DNA of 41,272 nt from contig CAMBQX010000001.1 in assembly GCA_945870085.1 (NCBI GenBank), forward strand, positions 1-41,272, given 5' to 3'. The DNA comes from Bifidobacterium breve. Lineage in GTDB: Bacteria > Actinomycetota > Actinomycetes > S36-B12. This document shows, in pieces, positions 26,115 through 38,408 of this stretch (positions are counted from its first letter, which is position 1; every line of letters begins with the position of its first letter). A program made the translations under genes and the position numbers. The notes under the pieces were generated by a model. That model saw only the letters and a program-made list of their open reading frames with translations. It was not told where the DNA came from and searched no databases.

Positions 26115-26774
26115 ATGACGATCAGTGAGGCAACTCGTGACCAGATGCGTGATCTGGCTTCGCGCTACCCGAAATCTCGCTCGGCGCTACTTCCCATGCT
26201 TCATTTAGTGCAAAGTGTTGATAACGAAGTCACCGCCGACGGTATAAATGCGTGTGCTGAAGTCCTGGGTATTACCTCTGCCGAAGTCACCGCGGTCGCG
26301 ACTTTTTACACGATGTACAAGCGTAAGCCGGTTGGCAAGCATCACCTCGGTGTCTGCACGAACACCCTGTGCGGTCTACTCGGTGGCGATGCCGTGTACG
26401 CAGCGCTAAGTGCGAGATTAGGAATCGGAAGTAATGAACCAAGTGCCGATGGTGAATTTTGGCTTGAACGTATTGAATGTCAAGCCGCCTGCACCCATGC
26501 ACCCGTGATGACCGTCGATTGGGAGTATATGGACGATGTAACTCCTACTAGTGCCGTTGATGTTGTTGACCGCCTTGCGCGCGGTGAGCAGGTCGCATCG
26601 ACTCGCGGCCCCGTAATTCGCGATTTCCAAGCCACCGAACATACCCTTGTCTACCCGCTCGATGGTTTGGTCAACGATGGTGAGGCGGTCGATGCGAAAA
26701 TGCTGGTGGGCCTTCGCATTGCACAGGAGCGCGGAATGAGCGCGGCCTCGGTCCCGGCCGGGGAGGCCTCATGA
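26115..26774 (+). CDS. nuoE: NADH-quinone oxidoreductase subunit E
   Basis: ATG 26115 (MTISEATRDQ...). YPKSRSALLPMLHLVQ, with 2Fe-2S ligands GVCTNTLC and ECQAACTHAP. The track ORF from 26034 overlaps nuoD. Confidence 0.9.
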   Translation: MTISEATRDQMRDLASRYPKSRSALLPMLHLVQSVDNEVTADGINACAEVLGITSAEVTAVATFYTMYKRKPVGKHHLGVCTNTLCGLLGGDAVYAALSARLGIGSNEPSADGEFWLERIECQAACTHAPVMTVDWEYMDDVTPTSAVDVVDRLARGEQVASTRGPVIRDFQATEHTLVYPLDGLVNDGEAVDAKMLVGLRIAQERGMSAASVPAGEAS

Positions 26775-28084
26775 TTACTTCCGGGCTTACGCCAATCATC
26801 ACCGAACACTGGGATAAGCCAGACCTTTACACGCTCGAAGGCTACCGCCGGGTTGGTGGATATCAGGCACTCGCCGCTGCCCTAAAAATGGATCCTGACG
26901 CGATCATCGGACAGATAAAGGATTCGGGGCTGCGCGGGCGTGGTGGCGCCGGCTTCCCCACCGGAATGAAGTGGGGTTTCGTACCGCAAAATGATGGCAA
27001 GCCGCACTACCTCGTGGTCAATGCAGATGAATCTGAGCCGGGTGCCTGCAAAGACATCCCGATCATGTTGGCGAATCCGCATGCACTGGTTGAGGGTGTA
27101 ATCATTGCCTCGTATGCAATCCGGGCCAGCCACGCATTCATCTACATTCGCGGTGAGGTACCGCACGCCATTCGCAAGGTCGCCTATGCGGTGGAGCAGG
27201 CGCGCGCGGCCGGCTTTATTGGCGAAAATATTCTTGGCACCGGCTTTTCCCTTGATGTCGTCGTCCACTCTGGCGCCGGTGCCTACATCTGCGGTGAAGA
27301 AACCGCACTGCTTGATTCCCTTGAGGGTTACCGCGGGCAGCCCCGGCTCAAGCCGCCGTTCCCGGCGGTCGCGGGTCTCTATGCCTCACCCACGGTCATT
27401 AATAACGTTGAAACCATCGCGAACATTCCGTATATCGTCGATAGGGGGGTGGCTTGGTTCCGCCAATTCGGGACCGAGAAATCCCCGGGCTTCAAAGTAT
27501 TCGCAGTATCAGGCCATGTGGTGCGCCCTGGTATTTACGAGGCTCCACTTGGTATCACGATGCGCGAACTCCTCGACTACGCCGGTGGCATCAGAGGTGG
27601 CGGTGAAGTTAAGTTCTGGCTTCCCGGGGGATCTTCGGTACCAATGTTGACTGCTGAGCACCTTGACCTTCCGCTGACGTACGAAGATATGGCTGCGGCT
27701 GGCACGATGCTTGGCACCGGCACTCCGATGCTGTTCGACAATACGGTCAGCGTCGTAAAGGCAGTGACTAGGTGGCTTGAGTTCTACAAGCACGAGTCCT
27801 GCGGTAAATGCACTCCGTGCCGTGAAGGTACGTACTGGATTACCGGAGTACTCGAGAAGTTCGAGCACGGCCATGGCTCGCCCGCTGAAGTTGACACCTT
27901 GGTGAACCTCTGCTCGCAGATTGCCGGTCGGTCCTTCTGCGCTCTCGGTGATGCCGCGGCGACCCCGTACCCGGCGGCCCTCAAGTTCTTCCGTGCCGAG
28001 TTTGAGGCAGCCACCACGACCTCTGCTGATGAACAATTTAATCCAGTTGCGTCATACGTCTTTGCGGAAACGGCAACCAGATGA
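26771..28084 (+). CDS. nuoF: NADH-quinone oxidoreductase subunit F
   Basis: ATGA overlap with nuoE. The FMN/NADH site is GLRGRGGAGFPTG and GAGAYICGEETAL; the 4Fe-4S motif is ESCGKCTPCREG. Confidence 0.95.
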   Translation: MITSGLTPIITEHWDKPDLYTLEGYRRVGGYQALAAALKMDPDAIIGQIKDSGLRGRGGAGFPTGMKWGFVPQNDGKPHYLVVNADESEPGACKDIPIMLANPHALVEGVIIASYAIRASHAFIYIRGEVPHAIRKVAYAVEQARAAGFIGENILGTGFSLDVVVHSGAGAYICGEETALLDSLEGYRGQPRLKPPFPAVAGLYASPTVINNVETIANIPYIVDRGVAWFRQFGTEKSPGFKVFAVSGHVVRPGIYEAPLGITMRELLDYAGGIRGGGEVKFWLPGGSSVPMLTAEHLDLPLTYEDMAAAGTMLGTGTPMLFDNTVSVVKAVTRWLEFYKHESCGKCTPCREGTYWITGVLEKFEHGHGSPAEVDTLVNLCSQIAGRSFCALGDAAATPYPAALKFFRAEFEAATTTSADEQFNPVASYVFAETATR

Positions 28085-30459
28085 CCATAACCAGTAATGC
28101 CGGATCAGATCTCACCCCGCAGGTGGAGTTGGTGACCGTTGTCGTTGACGGCGTCGCCATTGAAATCCCCAAAGGCACCCTCGTCATTCGGGCAGCTGAG
28201 CTACTCGGTATCGAGATTCCGCGGTTTTGTGATCACCCGCTCCTTGAGCCGGTTGCGGCTTGCCGCATGTGTTTGGTTGACATCGAGGGTGTCCCGAAAC
28301 CGCAGCCAGCATGCGCGCAGGTGGTTTCGGACGGAATGCAGGTTCGAACGCAATTGACTTCACCTATTGCGCGAGATGCCCAAGAAGGCGTGATGGAGTT
28401 CCTGCTGCTGAATCACCCCCTCGATTGCCCGGTGTGCGATAAGGGTGGTGAGTGCCCACTGCAGAACCAAGCCATGAGCGCCGGTCGCCCGGAGTCTCGG
28501 TTTGAAGATGAGAAGCGCACTTTCCCCAAGCCAATCAATGTCAGCGCGCAGATCCTGCTCGATCGGGAGCGTTGCGTTTCGTGCGCCCGGTGTACCAGGT
28601 TCGCAGAGCAAATCGCTGGTGATCCAATGCTTGAGCTACTTGAACGCGGATCCAATCAGCAAGTCGGCACCGCGGCGGATCAGCCATTTGACTCGTACTT
28701 CTCGGGTAACACCGTGCAGATTTGCCCGGTCGGCGCGTTGACCAGCGCGGCCTACCGATTCCGGTCGCGACCATTTGATCTAGTCTCGGTCCCGACAACT
28801 TGTGAGCACTGTGCATCCGGCTGTTCACTGCGCACCGACCATCGCCGCGGCACGGTCACCCGCCGGTTGGCTTGGGATGAACCCGCTGTTAACGAAGAGT
28901 GGAACTGCGACAAAGGTCGATTCGCTTTCACTTATCAAGAGCAGGGTCGGGTTGCTACGCCGCTAATTCGTGAGGACGGGAAGTTGCGTCCGGCTTCTTG
29001 GCCTGAGGCTCTGGATGTCGCCGCACGTGGCTTAGCAGCAGCAACAAGCCATGGGGTACTCGTTGGCGGGCGATCAACAGTTGAAGATTCGTACGCGTAC
29101 GCGCGGTTCGCCCGAGCCGTTCTGCAGTCTGACAATATTGATTTCCGTGTCCGGGATTCTTCGGATGAAGAAGCACAGTTCTTACGTTCTTCGGTCGCCG
29201 GGACCGCGGTGCGGATCACCTACGAAGCACTAGAAAAGGCACCGGCGGTTGTTCTCATTGCCTTTGAGCCAGAAGACGAGTCGCCGATTGTGTTCTTGCG
29301 GTTGCGTAAAGCTGCACGTGGTGGGGGCACACGCGTCTACTCGGTCGGTGCAGCGGTTACGCGCGGATTAAGTAAATTGGCGGGAACTTTGATTCCGGCC
29401 AAGCCAGGCGCCGAAGCGTCGGCGCTAACCGACCTACCTGCCAAGGTGCGCGCTGAACTGAGCACACCCGGTGCCGTAATCATGGTCGGTGAGCGCATCG
29501 CGGGCATTGAAGGCGGTGCCACCGCGGTACTTGAACTAGCGCGATCCACGGGTGCTTCCATCGCTTGGGTGCCACGTAGGGCTGGGGAGCGAGGGGCACT
29601 GGACGCGGGCGCTCTCGCAGGCCTACTGCCGGGTGGGCGGCCACTGACAGATGATCAGGCACGTGCTGCAGTTGCTGCGTGCTGGGGAGTGGAGTCACTG
29701 CCGGCAACCACCGGGTTAACCGGGGAGTCCTTATTGCGCGCGGTCACCGGTGGCGATATCGGCGCGCTAATTACTGGCGGAGTTGAACTGGCTGACCTGC
29801 CGGACCAAGTACTTGGCCGGGCTGCCATCGAAGCCGCCGCTTTTGTGGTTTCGCTCGAGAACCATCACTCTGCTATTACTGAACTTGCCGACGTGGTTTT
29901 CCCGGTTGCCGTAGTAACCGAGAAATCCGGAACCTTCATGAACTGGGAAGGCCGCCCGCGTCCCTTCGCGCAAACTTTCAAAGACGCTCTCGTGATGTCT
30001 GATGCGATTGTTCTGGGGATGTTGGCACGTGCCATGAATGTGCCAATCGGCGCCAGCGACGTAGCCGGCATCCGCCAGGAGTTAGGTTCCCTTGGAGCCT
30101 GGGCAGGTGCGCGCACTGAAGAACCGAACACCACGGCCGGCCAAGTTGTTGACGCTGCATATTTGGTTAGCACCTGGCGGGCGCTAATTGACAACGGAGT
30201 TATGCAGGAGGGGGAGCCGTACCTAGCAGCTACTGCGCATGCGGTTGCCGCTACCTGCTCTGCGGCCATGGTCGCTGGATTAGGGGCACCTGAAAATGTC
30301 ACGGTTACCGGTCCGCTCGGCTCGGTCACTTTGCCGTTGCTGGTTGGCGACGTTCTCGATGGTGTTGTGTGTTTGCCCCTGAACTCCCCAGGTTGTGCTC
30401 TCTACCTTGATCTCGGTGTGAGATCTGGCCAGCCCGTGACCATCGGAGGGGCGGCATGA
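28081..30459 (+). CDS. nuoG: NADH-quinone oxidoreductase subunit G
   Basis: ATGA overlap with nuoF. It has N-terminal 2Fe-2S and 4Fe-4S motifs ([36 protein letters not shown]) and a long molybdopterin-oxidoreductase-like C-terminal domain. 792 aa. Confidence 0.94.
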   Translation: MTITSNAGSDLTPQVELVTVVVDGVAIEIPKGTLVIRAAELLGIEIPRFCDHPLLEPVAACRMCLVDIEGVPKPQPACAQVVSDGMQVRTQLTSPIARDAQEGVMEFLLLNHPLDCPVCDKGGECPLQNQAMSAGRPESRFEDEKRTFPKPINVSAQILLDRERCVSCARCTRFAEQIAGDPMLELLERGSNQQVGTAADQPFDSYFSGNTVQICPVGALTSAAYRFRSRPFDLVSVPTTCEHCASGCSLRTDHRRGTVTRRLAWDEPAVNEEWNCDKGRFAFTYQEQGRVATPLIREDGKLRPASWPEALDVAARGLAAATSHGVLVGGRSTVEDSYAYARFARAVLQSDNIDFRVRDSSDEEAQFLRSSVAGTAVRITYEALEKAPAVVLIAFEPEDESPIVFLRLRKAARGGGTRVYSVGAAVTRGLSKLAGTLIPAKPGAEASALTDLPAKVRAELSTPGAVIMVGERIAGIEGGATAVLELARSTGASIAWVPRRAGERGALDAGALAGLLPGGRPLTDDQARAAVAACWGVESLPATTGLTGESLLRAVTGGDIGALITGGVELADLPDQVLGRAAIEAAAFVVSLENHHSAITELADVVFPVAVVTEKSGTFMNWEGRPRPFAQTFKDALVMSDAIVLGMLARAMNVPIGASDVAGIRQELGSLGAWAGARTEEPNTTAGQVVDAAYLVSTWRALIDNGVMQEGEPYLAATAHAVAATCSAAMVAGLGAPENVTVTGPLGSVTLPLLVGDVLDGVVCLPLNSPGCALYLDLGVRSGQPVTIGGAA

Positions 30460-31757
30460 CCGGATCGCAGTTCGGGGTCTTTGGTATTGATCCTTGGTGG
30501 TTGGTGCTGCTAAAGGCGCTCGCAATATTCGTCATGCTGGTACTGCTTACCTTGTTCACCATCTGGTGGGAGCGGCGAGTGGTATCTCGCATGCAGAACC
30601 GCATTGGACCAAACCGCGTTGGCCCATTTGGCCTGCTGCAGTCTTTGATGGACGGTTTCAAACTCGCTTTAAAGGAAGAAATTATTCCAAAGGCGGCCCA
30701 TGTGGGTGTCTACTGGATTGCCCCCGTGATTTCAGCGACAGCCGCATTCTTGGCATTCGCGGTAATCCCATTTGGACCAACGGTGTCAATTTTTGGGGTC
30801 GAGACACCACTTCAACTTACGGACTTCCCCGTCTCGGTGCTTTATGTACTGGCTATTGCTTCCATCGGTATCTACGGGATTGTGCTGGCCGGTTGGTCGT
30901 CTGGCTCCACGTACCCGCTCCTTGGTGGATTGCGCTCAAGTGCCCAAATGATTTCCTATGAAATTGCCATGGGAATGTCATTCGTGGCTGTTTTCTTGTA
31001 CGCGGGGTCAATGTCAACATCTGAAATCATCACCGCCCAAGAGCCGATTTGGTTTGCGGTGATATTGCTGCCGTCCTTCCTGATTTACGTAACGTCAATG
31101 GTTGGCGAGACCAACCGGGCACCGTTTGATCTCCCCGAAGCCGAAGGTGAGTTGGTCGGCGGCTTCCACACCGAGTACTCCTCACTGAAGTTTGCGATGT
31201 TCTTCTTGGCCGAGTACATCAACATGGTCACTGTTTCCGCACTTGCAACAACTTTGTTCTTAGGCGGGTGGTTGGCGCCGTGGCCCATTTCGCTTTGGGA
31301 GTCGGCCAATACTGGTTGGTGGCCGCTGCTTTGGTGGTTGATCAAGGTGCAGATATTCATTTTCGTGTTCATCTGGCTTCGCGCTACTCTCCCGCGCCTT
31401 CGCTACGACCAATTCATGAAATTCGGCTGGAAAGTTTTGATCCCAGCTTCCATCGTGTGGATCATGATCGTCGCGGCTGCCAGGGTGCTGCGTAATGACA
31501 TCGAGTTCAGCAATCGCCAATTGCTGATTGGCGGTGCAATCGCAATCGCCGTGCTCTTGGTTGGGTCTTGGTTTGCGCAAGGCGCCCTAGATCGCCGCGA
31601 AGCGGCCCGCAAGTTTATTCGCGATGAGATTGAGAGCCGGCCGTTTGAGCCCATGGCCGGTGGCTTCCCGGTACCGCCAATGCCCGGGCAGCAGGCCGTT
31701 CTCACAACGCGTCGATCAAATATCCCAGTAATTCAACAGGAGGCCATCGATGGCTGA
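30456..31757 (+). CDS. nuoH: NADH-quinone oxidoreductase subunit H
   Basis: ATGA overlap with nuoG. Motifs are [26 protein letters not shown] and [19 protein letters not shown]. It has an actinobacterial-type C-terminal extension. Confidence 0.94.
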   Translation: MTGSQFGVFGIDPWWLVLLKALAIFVMLVLLTLFTIWWERRVVSRMQNRIGPNRVGPFGLLQSLMDGFKLALKEEIIPKAAHVGVYWIAPVISATAAFLAFAVIPFGPTVSIFGVETPLQLTDFPVSVLYVLAIASIGIYGIVLAGWSSGSTYPLLGGLRSSAQMISYEIAMGMSFVAVFLYAGSMSTSEIITAQEPIWFAVILLPSFLIYVTSMVGETNRAPFDLPEAEGELVGGFHTEYSSLKFAMFFLAEYINMVTVSALATTLFLGGWLAPWPISLWESANTGWWPLLWWLIKVQIFIFVFIWLRATLPRLRYDQFMKFGWKVLIPASIVWIMIVAAARVLRNDIEFSNRQLLIGGAIAIAVLLVGSWFAQGALDRREAARKFIRDEIESRPFEPMAGGFPVPPMPGQQAVLTTRRSNIPVIQQEAIDG

Positions 31758-32310
31758 ACTTCCACAGGTGGTTCGTGGCTTTGGGGTCACGTTTGCCACC
31801 ATGTTCAAAAAGGTGGTAACCGAGCAGTATCCAGAGCAGGCTGCGAAGTTCCCGCCTAAGCCGCGCTACCACGGTAGGCATCAATTGAACCGCTGGGCTG
31901 ATGGCTTAGAAAAGTGCATCGGTTGCGAACTATGTGCGTGGGCGTGCCCGGCAGATGCGATTTTCGTACAAGGGGCAGATAACCAAGAAGGTGACCGTCA
32001 CTCCCCGGGGGAGCGCTACGGTCGCGTTTACCAAATCAACTACCTGCGCTGCATTTTTTGTGGGCTTTGCATCGAGGCTTGCCCGACACGTGCTCTTACT
32101 ATGACAAATGAGTTTGAGTTGGCTGATAACAATCGGGCTGACCTTATTTATGAGAAGCAGGATCTGTTGGCACCACTGCTACCTGGGATGCTCGCACCTC
32201 CGCACCCAATGGTTCCCGGCACCACCGACACTGACTACTACGCAAACAAGGTCACCGGTTCGGTCCCTGAGCAGGCCAGCGGATCCGACGCAGCAGCAGT
32301 GGCGCCATGA
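31750..32310 (+). CDS. nuoI: NADH-quinone oxidoreductase subunit I
   Basis: 8-nt overlap with nuoH. It carries two ferredoxin-type motifs, [12 protein letters not shown] and [12 protein letters not shown]. Confidence 0.94.
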   Translation: MAELPQVVRGFGVTFATMFKKVVTEQYPEQAAKFPPKPRYHGRHQLNRWADGLEKCIGCELCAWACPADAIFVQGADNQEGDRHSPGERYGRVYQINYLRCIFCGLCIEACPTRALTMTNEFELADNNRADLIYEKQDLLAPLLPGMLAPPHPMVPGTTDTDYYANKVTGSVPEQASGSDAAAVAP

Positions 32311-33077
32311 CCGAAGCCAATCTGGGCGAAGAAATTGTCTTTTGGTTCAGCGGCGGGTTAGCGGTGCTGGGGGCGCTTGGGTTGATCCTTTCGCGAAAAG
32401 CAGTACACAGTGCGCTATGGGTGGCACTGACAATGATCAATCTCGCGGTTTTATACGTTGCCAACTCGGCTCCGTTCCTCGGCATGGTCCAGGTGGTTGT
32501 GTATACCGGTGCGGTGATGATGCTCTTCCTCTTCGTCTTAATGGTGGTGGGAGTGGATTCGTCCGACTCGCTAATCGAAACCCTAAAGGGTCAGCGCTTG
32601 GTTGCCATCGTGCTGGCAGTGGGCCTGGCAATCCTGCTCGTGGCCGGCGTAGGCGCAGGCTTGACCGATGTAGTTCCGGTGGGACTAGATGAGGCAAACG
32701 GCGTTGACGGGGGCAATGTTCAAGGTATCGCGCGCCTACTTTTCACTGATTATCTTGTTGCTTTTGAAGTTACTTCAGCGTTGCTGATTACCGCTGCCCT
32801 AGGCGCGATGGTGCTGGCACATCGTGAACGGTGGCTACCGCGCGCAAGCCAAGAAGAACTATCCAAGGCTCGTTTCATTGGTACCGGGCACCCCGGCAAC
32901 CTGCCGAGTTCTGGCACGTATGCGCGCCACAATGCGGTAGATACGCCGGCATTACTACCCGATGGTTCGCCAAGTGCGCAGAGTATTCCGGGGCCACTTG
33001 TTGCCCGAGGTGATGTGCGACCCGTAGACCACCACGAGGTCGAACAGATCGAAAGCTTGGACGGGGGGCCGAAATGA
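32307..33077 (+). CDS. nuoJ: NADH-quinone oxidoreductase subunit J
   Basis: ATGA overlap with nuoI. Membrane subunit with [23 protein letters not shown] and a hydrophilic C-terminal tail, as in other actinobacteria. Confidence 0.9.
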   Translation: MTEANLGEEIVFWFSGGLAVLGALGLILSRKAVHSALWVALTMINLAVLYVANSAPFLGMVQVVVYTGAVMMLFLFVLMVVGVDSSDSLIETLKGQRLVAIVLAVGLAILLVAGVGAGLTDVVPVGLDEANGVDGGNVQGIARLLFTDYLVAFEVTSALLITAALGAMVLAHRERWLPRASQEELSKARFIGTGHPGNLPSSGTYARHNAVDTPALLPDGSPSAQSIPGPLVARGDVRPVDHHEVEQIESLDGGPK

Positions 33078-33373
33078 ATCCGGCCAACTACATAATCTTG
33101 TCGGCAATCCTCTTTAGCCTCGGCGCCATCGGGGTGTTGGTCCGCCGCAACGCGATCATCGTCTTCATGAGTGTTGAACTGATGCTCAATGCCGCGAACT
33201 TAGCGTTTGTTGCATTTGCCCGAATGAACGGCAACCTAGATGGTCAGGTTGCCGCTTTCTTCGTCATGGTGGTGGCAGCCGCTGAAGTTGTCGTCGGCCT
33301 CGCAATCATCGTGACGATTTTCAGAAGTAGACGCTCGGCCTCCATTGATGAACCAAATTTACTCAAGTACTAG
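33074..33373 (+). CDS. nuoK: NADH-quinone oxidoreductase subunit K
   Basis: ATGA overlap with nuoJ. 99 aa with three TM helices, [13 protein letters not shown] and [12 protein letters not shown]. Confidence 0.93.
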   Translation: MNPANYIILSAILFSLGAIGVLVRRNAIIVFMSVELMLNAANLAFVAFARMNGNLDGQVAAFFVMVVAAAEVVVGLAIIVTIFRSRRSASIDEPNLLKY

Positions 33374-33409
33374 CCGCGTCCGGTAGCAACCGAGAAAGAG
33401 GATCCGACC

Positions 33410-35305
33410 TTGATAGAGCTCATGCCTGCATCGGGCGTGTTCTCCCTGATCTGGCTGCTTATTGCCTTGCCACTTTTTGGGGCGGCTGTACTACTGCTCG
33501 GAGGCCGTCGTACCAACTCGTGGGGCCCGTACCTCGGAGTGCTAACCGTGGTCGGATCCGCGGTGCTCGCAGTGTTGATGCTAGTCGCCATGATGGGGCA
33601 TTCAGCAGAGGAGCGCTCGGTCGGGCAGAGCCTATTCACTTGGGTTTTCGCCGATGGGTTCCAAGCCGATATGGCTTTCCAGCTTGATCAACTTTCGATG
33701 GTCTTCGTCCTGCTAATAACCATTGTTGGTTCACTGATCCATATATATTCCATCGGCTACATGTCACATGATGCCGATAAGCGGAAGTTCTTCGGCTACC
33801 TGAACTTATTCGTTGCGGCAATGTTGTTGCTGGTTCTTGCTAACAACTACCTCCTGCTATACGTCGGCTGGGAGGGAGTTGGATTGGCTAGCTACCTGTT
33901 GATCGGGTTCTGGCAAATCAAACCTACTGCTGCGGCTGCGGCTAAGAAAGCCTTCATCATCAACCGTGTTGGTGACGTAGGTCTGAGCCTGGCGATCATG
34001 GTCATGTTCGTGACTTTTGGTTCGGTTTCCTTCGGTGATGTGTTTAGCCAGGCCGGCGAAGCCAATGAAGGCACCCTTACAGCAATCGGCCTGCTCCTAC
34101 TCTTGGCGGCCTGCGGTAAATCAGCACAGTTCCCGCTGCAAGCTTGGCTCCTAGATGCGATGGAAGGCCCGACACCCGTATCTGCGCTAATTCACGCAGC
34201 GACCATGGTCACCGCCGGGGTGTATCTCATCGTTCGGAGTAATGCGGTATTCGATCGAGCAGTCTGGGCCGCCGGCGCCGTAGTTCTCATCGGGCTGATC
34301 ACGATCTTCATGGGAGCCATCATCGGTTCGGCCAAGGACGACATCAAAAAGTCACTTGCGGGGTCGACGATGAGTCAAATTGGCTACATGATCTTCGCGG
34401 CCGGACTCGGTCCAATCGGTTATGTATTCGCAATCTTCCACCTTTTGACCCACGGCGTTTTCAAAGCCGGCTTATTCCTCGGTGCCGGCTCGGTAATGCA
34501 CGGTATGAAGGACAACGTGAACATGCGCCGATATGGGGCGTTGCGCGGGTTAATGATTATCACCTTCGTAACATTCATGGCCGGATATCTAGCGATTATG
34601 GGTATTCCGCCTTTCTCTGGATTCTGGTCTAAGGACGAAATCATCCATGCCGCCTTCGAACGCAGCTGGGTCATTGGTGCTGCAGCGATTTTGGGAGCCG
34701 GCATAACTGGGTTCTACATGACTCGCATGATCGCTATGACCTTCTTCGGCAAGGCGCGGTGGGAGGATGACGTGCACCCGCATGAGTCACCGGCTGTCAT
34801 GACTATCCCCCTTGTAATCTTGGCGATCGGCTCCACCTTCCTGGGCATGGCATTGCTGTTCTGGGGCAATATCGAAACCTGGCTGGAGCCAGTTGTTGGA
34901 TTTGCAAGTAATCCCACCCAGTTGTCGTCCACCACGTTGCTGGCTATCACTTTGGTGGTTGTCTTGATCGGTGTTTTCATTGGCTGGCGCCAGTACGGGT
35001 CTAAGCCGGTGCCGGTCGATGCGCCTTCGGGTAATTGGTTAACCCGCGCGGCCCGACGTGATCTTTATGGTGATTTGGTGAACGAGGTCGTCGTGGTGCG
35101 CCCGTCCTTCACACTTGCTCGTTGGCTTACGTGGTTCGACTCGTCCTGGATTGACGGTTTCGTTAACGGGAGCGCCGCATTCGTTGGTGGTGCCTCGGGC
35201 CGATTGCGTCGCACCCAATCAGGTTTTGCTCGCTCATACGCACTTTCAATGTTGGGTGGCGCAGTCTTAATTGTTGCCGCTCTCGTCTTGGTGAGGCTTT
35301 CATGA
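33410..35305 (+). CDS. nuoL: NADH-quinone oxidoreductase subunit L
   Basis: TTG 33410 lies 7 nt after GAGGA; in-frame ATG 33422 is the alternative start. ND5-type antiporter-like subunit with [18 protein letters not shown]. 631 aa. Confidence 0.92.
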   Translation: MIELMPASGVFSLIWLLIALPLFGAAVLLLGGRRTNSWGPYLGVLTVVGSAVLAVLMLVAMMGHSAEERSVGQSLFTWVFADGFQADMAFQLDQLSMVFVLLITIVGSLIHIYSIGYMSHDADKRKFFGYLNLFVAAMLLLVLANNYLLLYVGWEGVGLASYLLIGFWQIKPTAAAAAKKAFIINRVGDVGLSLAIMVMFVTFGSVSFGDVFSQAGEANEGTLTAIGLLLLLAACGKSAQFPLQAWLLDAMEGPTPVSALIHAATMVTAGVYLIVRSNAVFDRAVWAAGAVVLIGLITIFMGAIIGSAKDDIKKSLAGSTMSQIGYMIFAAGLGPIGYVFAIFHLLTHGVFKAGLFLGAGSVMHGMKDNVNMRRYGALRGLMIITFVTFMAGYLAIMGIPPFSGFWSKDEIIHAAFERSWVIGAAAILGAGITGFYMTRMIAMTFFGKARWEDDVHPHESPAVMTIPLVILAIGSTFLGMALLFWGNIETWLEPVVGFASNPTQLSSTTLLAITLVVVLIGVFIGWRQYGSKPVPVDAPSGNWLTRAARRDLYGDLVNEVVVVRPSFTLARWLTWFDSSWIDGFVNGSAAFVGGASGRLRRTQSGFARSYALSMLGGAVLIVAALVLVRLS

Positions 35306-36837
35306 CCCCCTGGTTAACGATCCTCGCGCTCGTACCCCTGATGGGTAGTGTCCTCGTTGTTTTGCTTCCTAAGTCACGACCGACTCTTGCGAAGCAATTG
35401 GCATTGGCGATTTCATTGGTCACCTTGGCATTGACCGTCGTCATGGCGCTGCAGTTCAACGGTGCGTCCAGTGAGCCGTTTCAGTTCGTAGAGTCTTACC
35501 CATGGATACCCGCGTTTGGTATTTCATATTCGGTTGGTGTTGACGGCATCGGGCTAGTCCTGATCGCATTAGCCACGACTTTGGTGCCGATTGTGGTTAT
35601 TGCGGGGTGGCGGGATGTTGATGCCACCAGCGGCGGTTCGGTTAAGGGCTACTTCGCATTGATTTTGGCGATGGAAACATTGATGATCGGGGTGTTCGCC
35701 GCCACCGACGTCTTCATGTTCTTCGTTTTATTTGAAGTAATTCTGATCCCGGTCTACTTCATGATCGGCCGTTACGGTGGTCCGCAGCGGTCCTACGCGG
35801 CGGTCAAATTCTTGCTTTACGGTTTGCTCGGTGGGCTCTTCATGTTGACCTCCATGATCGGGCTCTATGTGGTCTCAGCCCAGGTTACCGGTCAAGGTAC
35901 TTTCGATTACCTTTCGCTAGTCGGCATGGAGATGGACCCGACGGCTGAGAAATTGCTGTTCCTCGGGTTCTTCTTCGCTTTCGCAATAAAGGCCCCGCTC
36001 TGGCCGTTCCACACCTGGTTGCCCGATGCGGCGAGTGCTTCAAAGCCCGGAACCGCGGTATTGCTTATCGGGGTGCTCGACAAAATCGGAACCTTCGGCA
36101 TGATCCGGTATTGCCTGCCGATTTTTCCGGCGGCGAGTGAGTTCTATGCACCCGTTGTCATCGGCATGGCACTTGTCGGCATTTTCTACGGCGCCTATGT
36201 GGCTTTAAATCAAAATGACATGAAGCGATTGTTCGCCTACTCTTCGATGTCGCACTTCGGGTTTATCGCACTAGGTATTTTTGTATTCACCACTATTGGC
36301 CAAAGTGGCTCGGTCGTATACATGATTGCGCATGGTTTATCGACTGCGGCACTATTCTTAACCGCCGGATTCTTGATGCAGCGCGCCAACGGGTCGAGCC
36401 TGATTTCAGATTTCGGTGGGGTGAATAAGGCGGCACCGGTGCTTGCCGGGTTCTTCATGTTTGCCGCGTTGTCGTCACTGGCGCTGCCAGGGCTGGTGTC
36501 CTTCGTGGGTGAGTTCATGGTGCTGCTCGGCACGTTCCAGCGTTACCTTTTCGTCGGCGGAATTGCCACCTTGGGCATTGTCATCACGGCGGCTTATGTG
36601 CTTCGTCTTTACCAGAAATCAATGACCGGCCCGCTGGCTCCAAAGCTAGTTGGCATGAAAGACCTAGGTGGCCGTGAAGTTATCGCTTTGATGCCGATCG
36701 TGGTCTTGACATTATTGCTCGGTCTCTTCCCGGCTCCGATATTGAATGTTGTAAACCCGGCGGTGGATCGTGTCATGACGACTATTGGCGCTACCGACCC
36801 CAGCCCCACCATTGCAAGTGAAGGGAGCGGCAAGTGA
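35302..36837 (+). CDS. nuoM: NADH-quinone oxidoreductase subunit M
   Basis: ATGA overlap with nuoL. ND4-type antiporter-like subunit, 511 aa, with [17 protein letters not shown]. Confidence 0.93.
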   Translation: MTPWLTILALVPLMGSVLVVLLPKSRPTLAKQLALAISLVTLALTVVMALQFNGASSEPFQFVESYPWIPAFGISYSVGVDGIGLVLIALATTLVPIVVIAGWRDVDATSGGSVKGYFALILAMETLMIGVFAATDVFMFFVLFEVILIPVYFMIGRYGGPQRSYAAVKFLLYGLLGGLFMLTSMIGLYVVSAQVTGQGTFDYLSLVGMEMDPTAEKLLFLGFFFAFAIKAPLWPFHTWLPDAASASKPGTAVLLIGVLDKIGTFGMIRYCLPIFPAASEFYAPVVIGMALVGIFYGAYVALNQNDMKRLFAYSSMSHFGFIALGIFVFTTIGQSGSVVYMIAHGLSTAALFLTAGFLMQRANGSSLISDFGGVNKAAPVLAGFFMFAALSSLALPGLVSFVGEFMVLLGTFQRYLFVGGIATLGIVITAAYVLRLYQKSMTGPLAPKLVGMKDLGGREVIALMPIVVLTLLLGLFPAPILNVVNPAVDRVMTTIGATDPSPTIASEGSGK

Positions 36838-38396
36838 ATTACCTAGCCGCAGCGACGGTCGATGTACCGTTCACGCTCCCAATCGTCGATTACAACGCGA
36901 TCGCACCGCTTCTGATCATTTTGGTAGCAGGGGTTGTTTCGGTTCTCGTGGAGGCACTACTGCCGAGGGGGTCTCGGCGCTTTATTCAGTTATTTATTGT
37001 CTTCGGTGCCCTGATCGCGGCCTTGGCGTGGGTATTCACCATCACCGGAGTCCGGGTCGTGACTGCTGAGGGTGCAATCGCTATAGACGGCCCAGCGCTT
37101 TTGATGCAGGGAGCGATATTGGTGCTCGCGCTCTTAGGTGCGCTCCTGATGGCTGAGCGATCACTTGATCCAAGTGGTGATGTTTTCGCTGCGCGCGCTT
37201 CTTCACTTCCTGGTTCTGAGGATGAAAAACAGTTCACGGCGCGTGGATACCTGCAGACCGAAGTGTGGCCACTGTTCTTGTTCGCGGTTTCGGGCATGAT
37301 TTTATTTGTCTCAGCAAATGACCTATTACTGATGTTCGTGGCCCTCGAAGTGATGTCATTGCCGCTGTACCTGCTCGCGGGCATGGCTCGCCGGCGACGA
37401 TTGCTCTCTCAGGAGGCGGCGCTCAAGTACTTCTTACTGGGTGCCTTTTCCTCCGCTTTCTTTATCTATGGGGTGGCGCTGGTTTACGGTTTCGCGGCGT
37501 CAACGCAGTTGCCGGTGATCGCGAGTGTGTTAACCGCAAAATCCGGGCAGACCTCGTTGGCCCTGATCGGAATGGCTTTGATCTTGGTTGGGCTGCTCTT
37601 CAAGGTGGCCGCGGTGCCATTTCACCAATGGACCCCGGACGTTTATCAAGGTGCCCCGACGGCCGTTACTGGATTCATGGCGGCCACCGTCAAGATCGCA
37701 GCTTTCGGTGCACTAATGCGTGTGCTTTACGTCGCATTTGGCGGGATGCGTTGGGACTGGGTTCCGATGATGTGGATCATCGCCATCTTGACGATGTTGG
37801 TCGGGTCGATCATCGCGATAAGCCAGAGCGACATCAAGCGCATGCTCGCGTACTCGTCTATTGCGCAGGCCGGTTTCATTTTGGTGGGTGTAATAGCGGC
37901 AAGCCCCGCGGGACTAGCCGGTGCCATGTTCTATTTGATCTCATACGGTTTTACCACTATCGGCGCCTTCGCAATTATCTCATTGGTTCGTGACGAATCA
38001 GGTGAGGCGACCAACTTGTCAAAATGGGCCGGGTTGGGGCGCAGATCCCCACTAGTCGGCAGTGTTTTCGCCTTGTTCATGCTCGGTCTTGCGGGCATCC
38101 CACTTACCAGTGGGTTTATCGGGAAGTTCAGCGTTTTCGCGGCCGCTATCGCCAGCGGCGACACCTGGCTGGTCATTGTGGGTGTATTGGCCTCAGCAAT
38201 CGCTGCATTCTTCTATGTTCGGGTGATCGTCGTGATGTTCTTCACCGAGCCCGGTCCGCAGACCGCATCGGTGGTGGTGCCATCAGCTTTCACGACCATT
38301 GCACTTGCGGCCGGAGCTACCGTCACCCTGGTACTGGGCATCTTGCCCCAACCCATCCTCGAATTGGTCAGCAATGCTGGCCTGTTCATTCGGTAG
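36834..38396 (+). CDS. nuoN: NADH-quinone oxidoreductase subunit N
   Basis: GTGA overlap with nuoM. ND2-type subunit, 520 aa, with FKVAAVPFHQWTPDVYQGAPT. Confidence 0.93.
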   Translation: MNYLAAATVDVPFTLPIVDYNAIAPLLIILVAGVVSVLVEALLPRGSRRFIQLFIVFGALIAALAWVFTITGVRVVTAEGAIAIDGPALLMQGAILVLALLGALLMAERSLDPSGDVFAARASSLPGSEDEKQFTARGYLQTEVWPLFLFAVSGMILFVSANDLLLMFVALEVMSLPLYLLAGMARRRRLLSQEAALKYFLLGAFSSAFFIYGVALVYGFAASTQLPVIASVLTAKSGQTSLALIGMALILVGLLFKVAAVPFHQWTPDVYQGAPTAVTGFMAATVKIAAFGALMRVLYVAFGGMRWDWVPMMWIIAILTMLVGSIIAISQSDIKRMLAYSSIAQAGFILVGVIAASPAGLAGAMFYLISYGFTTIGAFAIISLVRDESGEATNLSKWAGLGRRSPLVGSVFALFMLGLAGIPLTSGFIGKFSVFAAAIASGDTWLVIVGVLASAIAAFFYVRVIVVMFFTEPGPQTASVVVPSAFTTIALAAGATVTLVLGILPQPILELVSNAGLFIR

Positions 38397-38402
38397 TACC
38401 TT
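38397..38402 (+). promoter_or_regulatory. candidate -10 box TACCTT 6 nt upstream of ATG 38409
   Basis: The sequence reads TACCTT-tgcctc-ATG and begins immediately after the nuoN stop. There is no SD. Read-through from the nuo operon is an equally good explanation. Confidence 0.2.
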
Positions 38403-38408
38403 TGCCTC

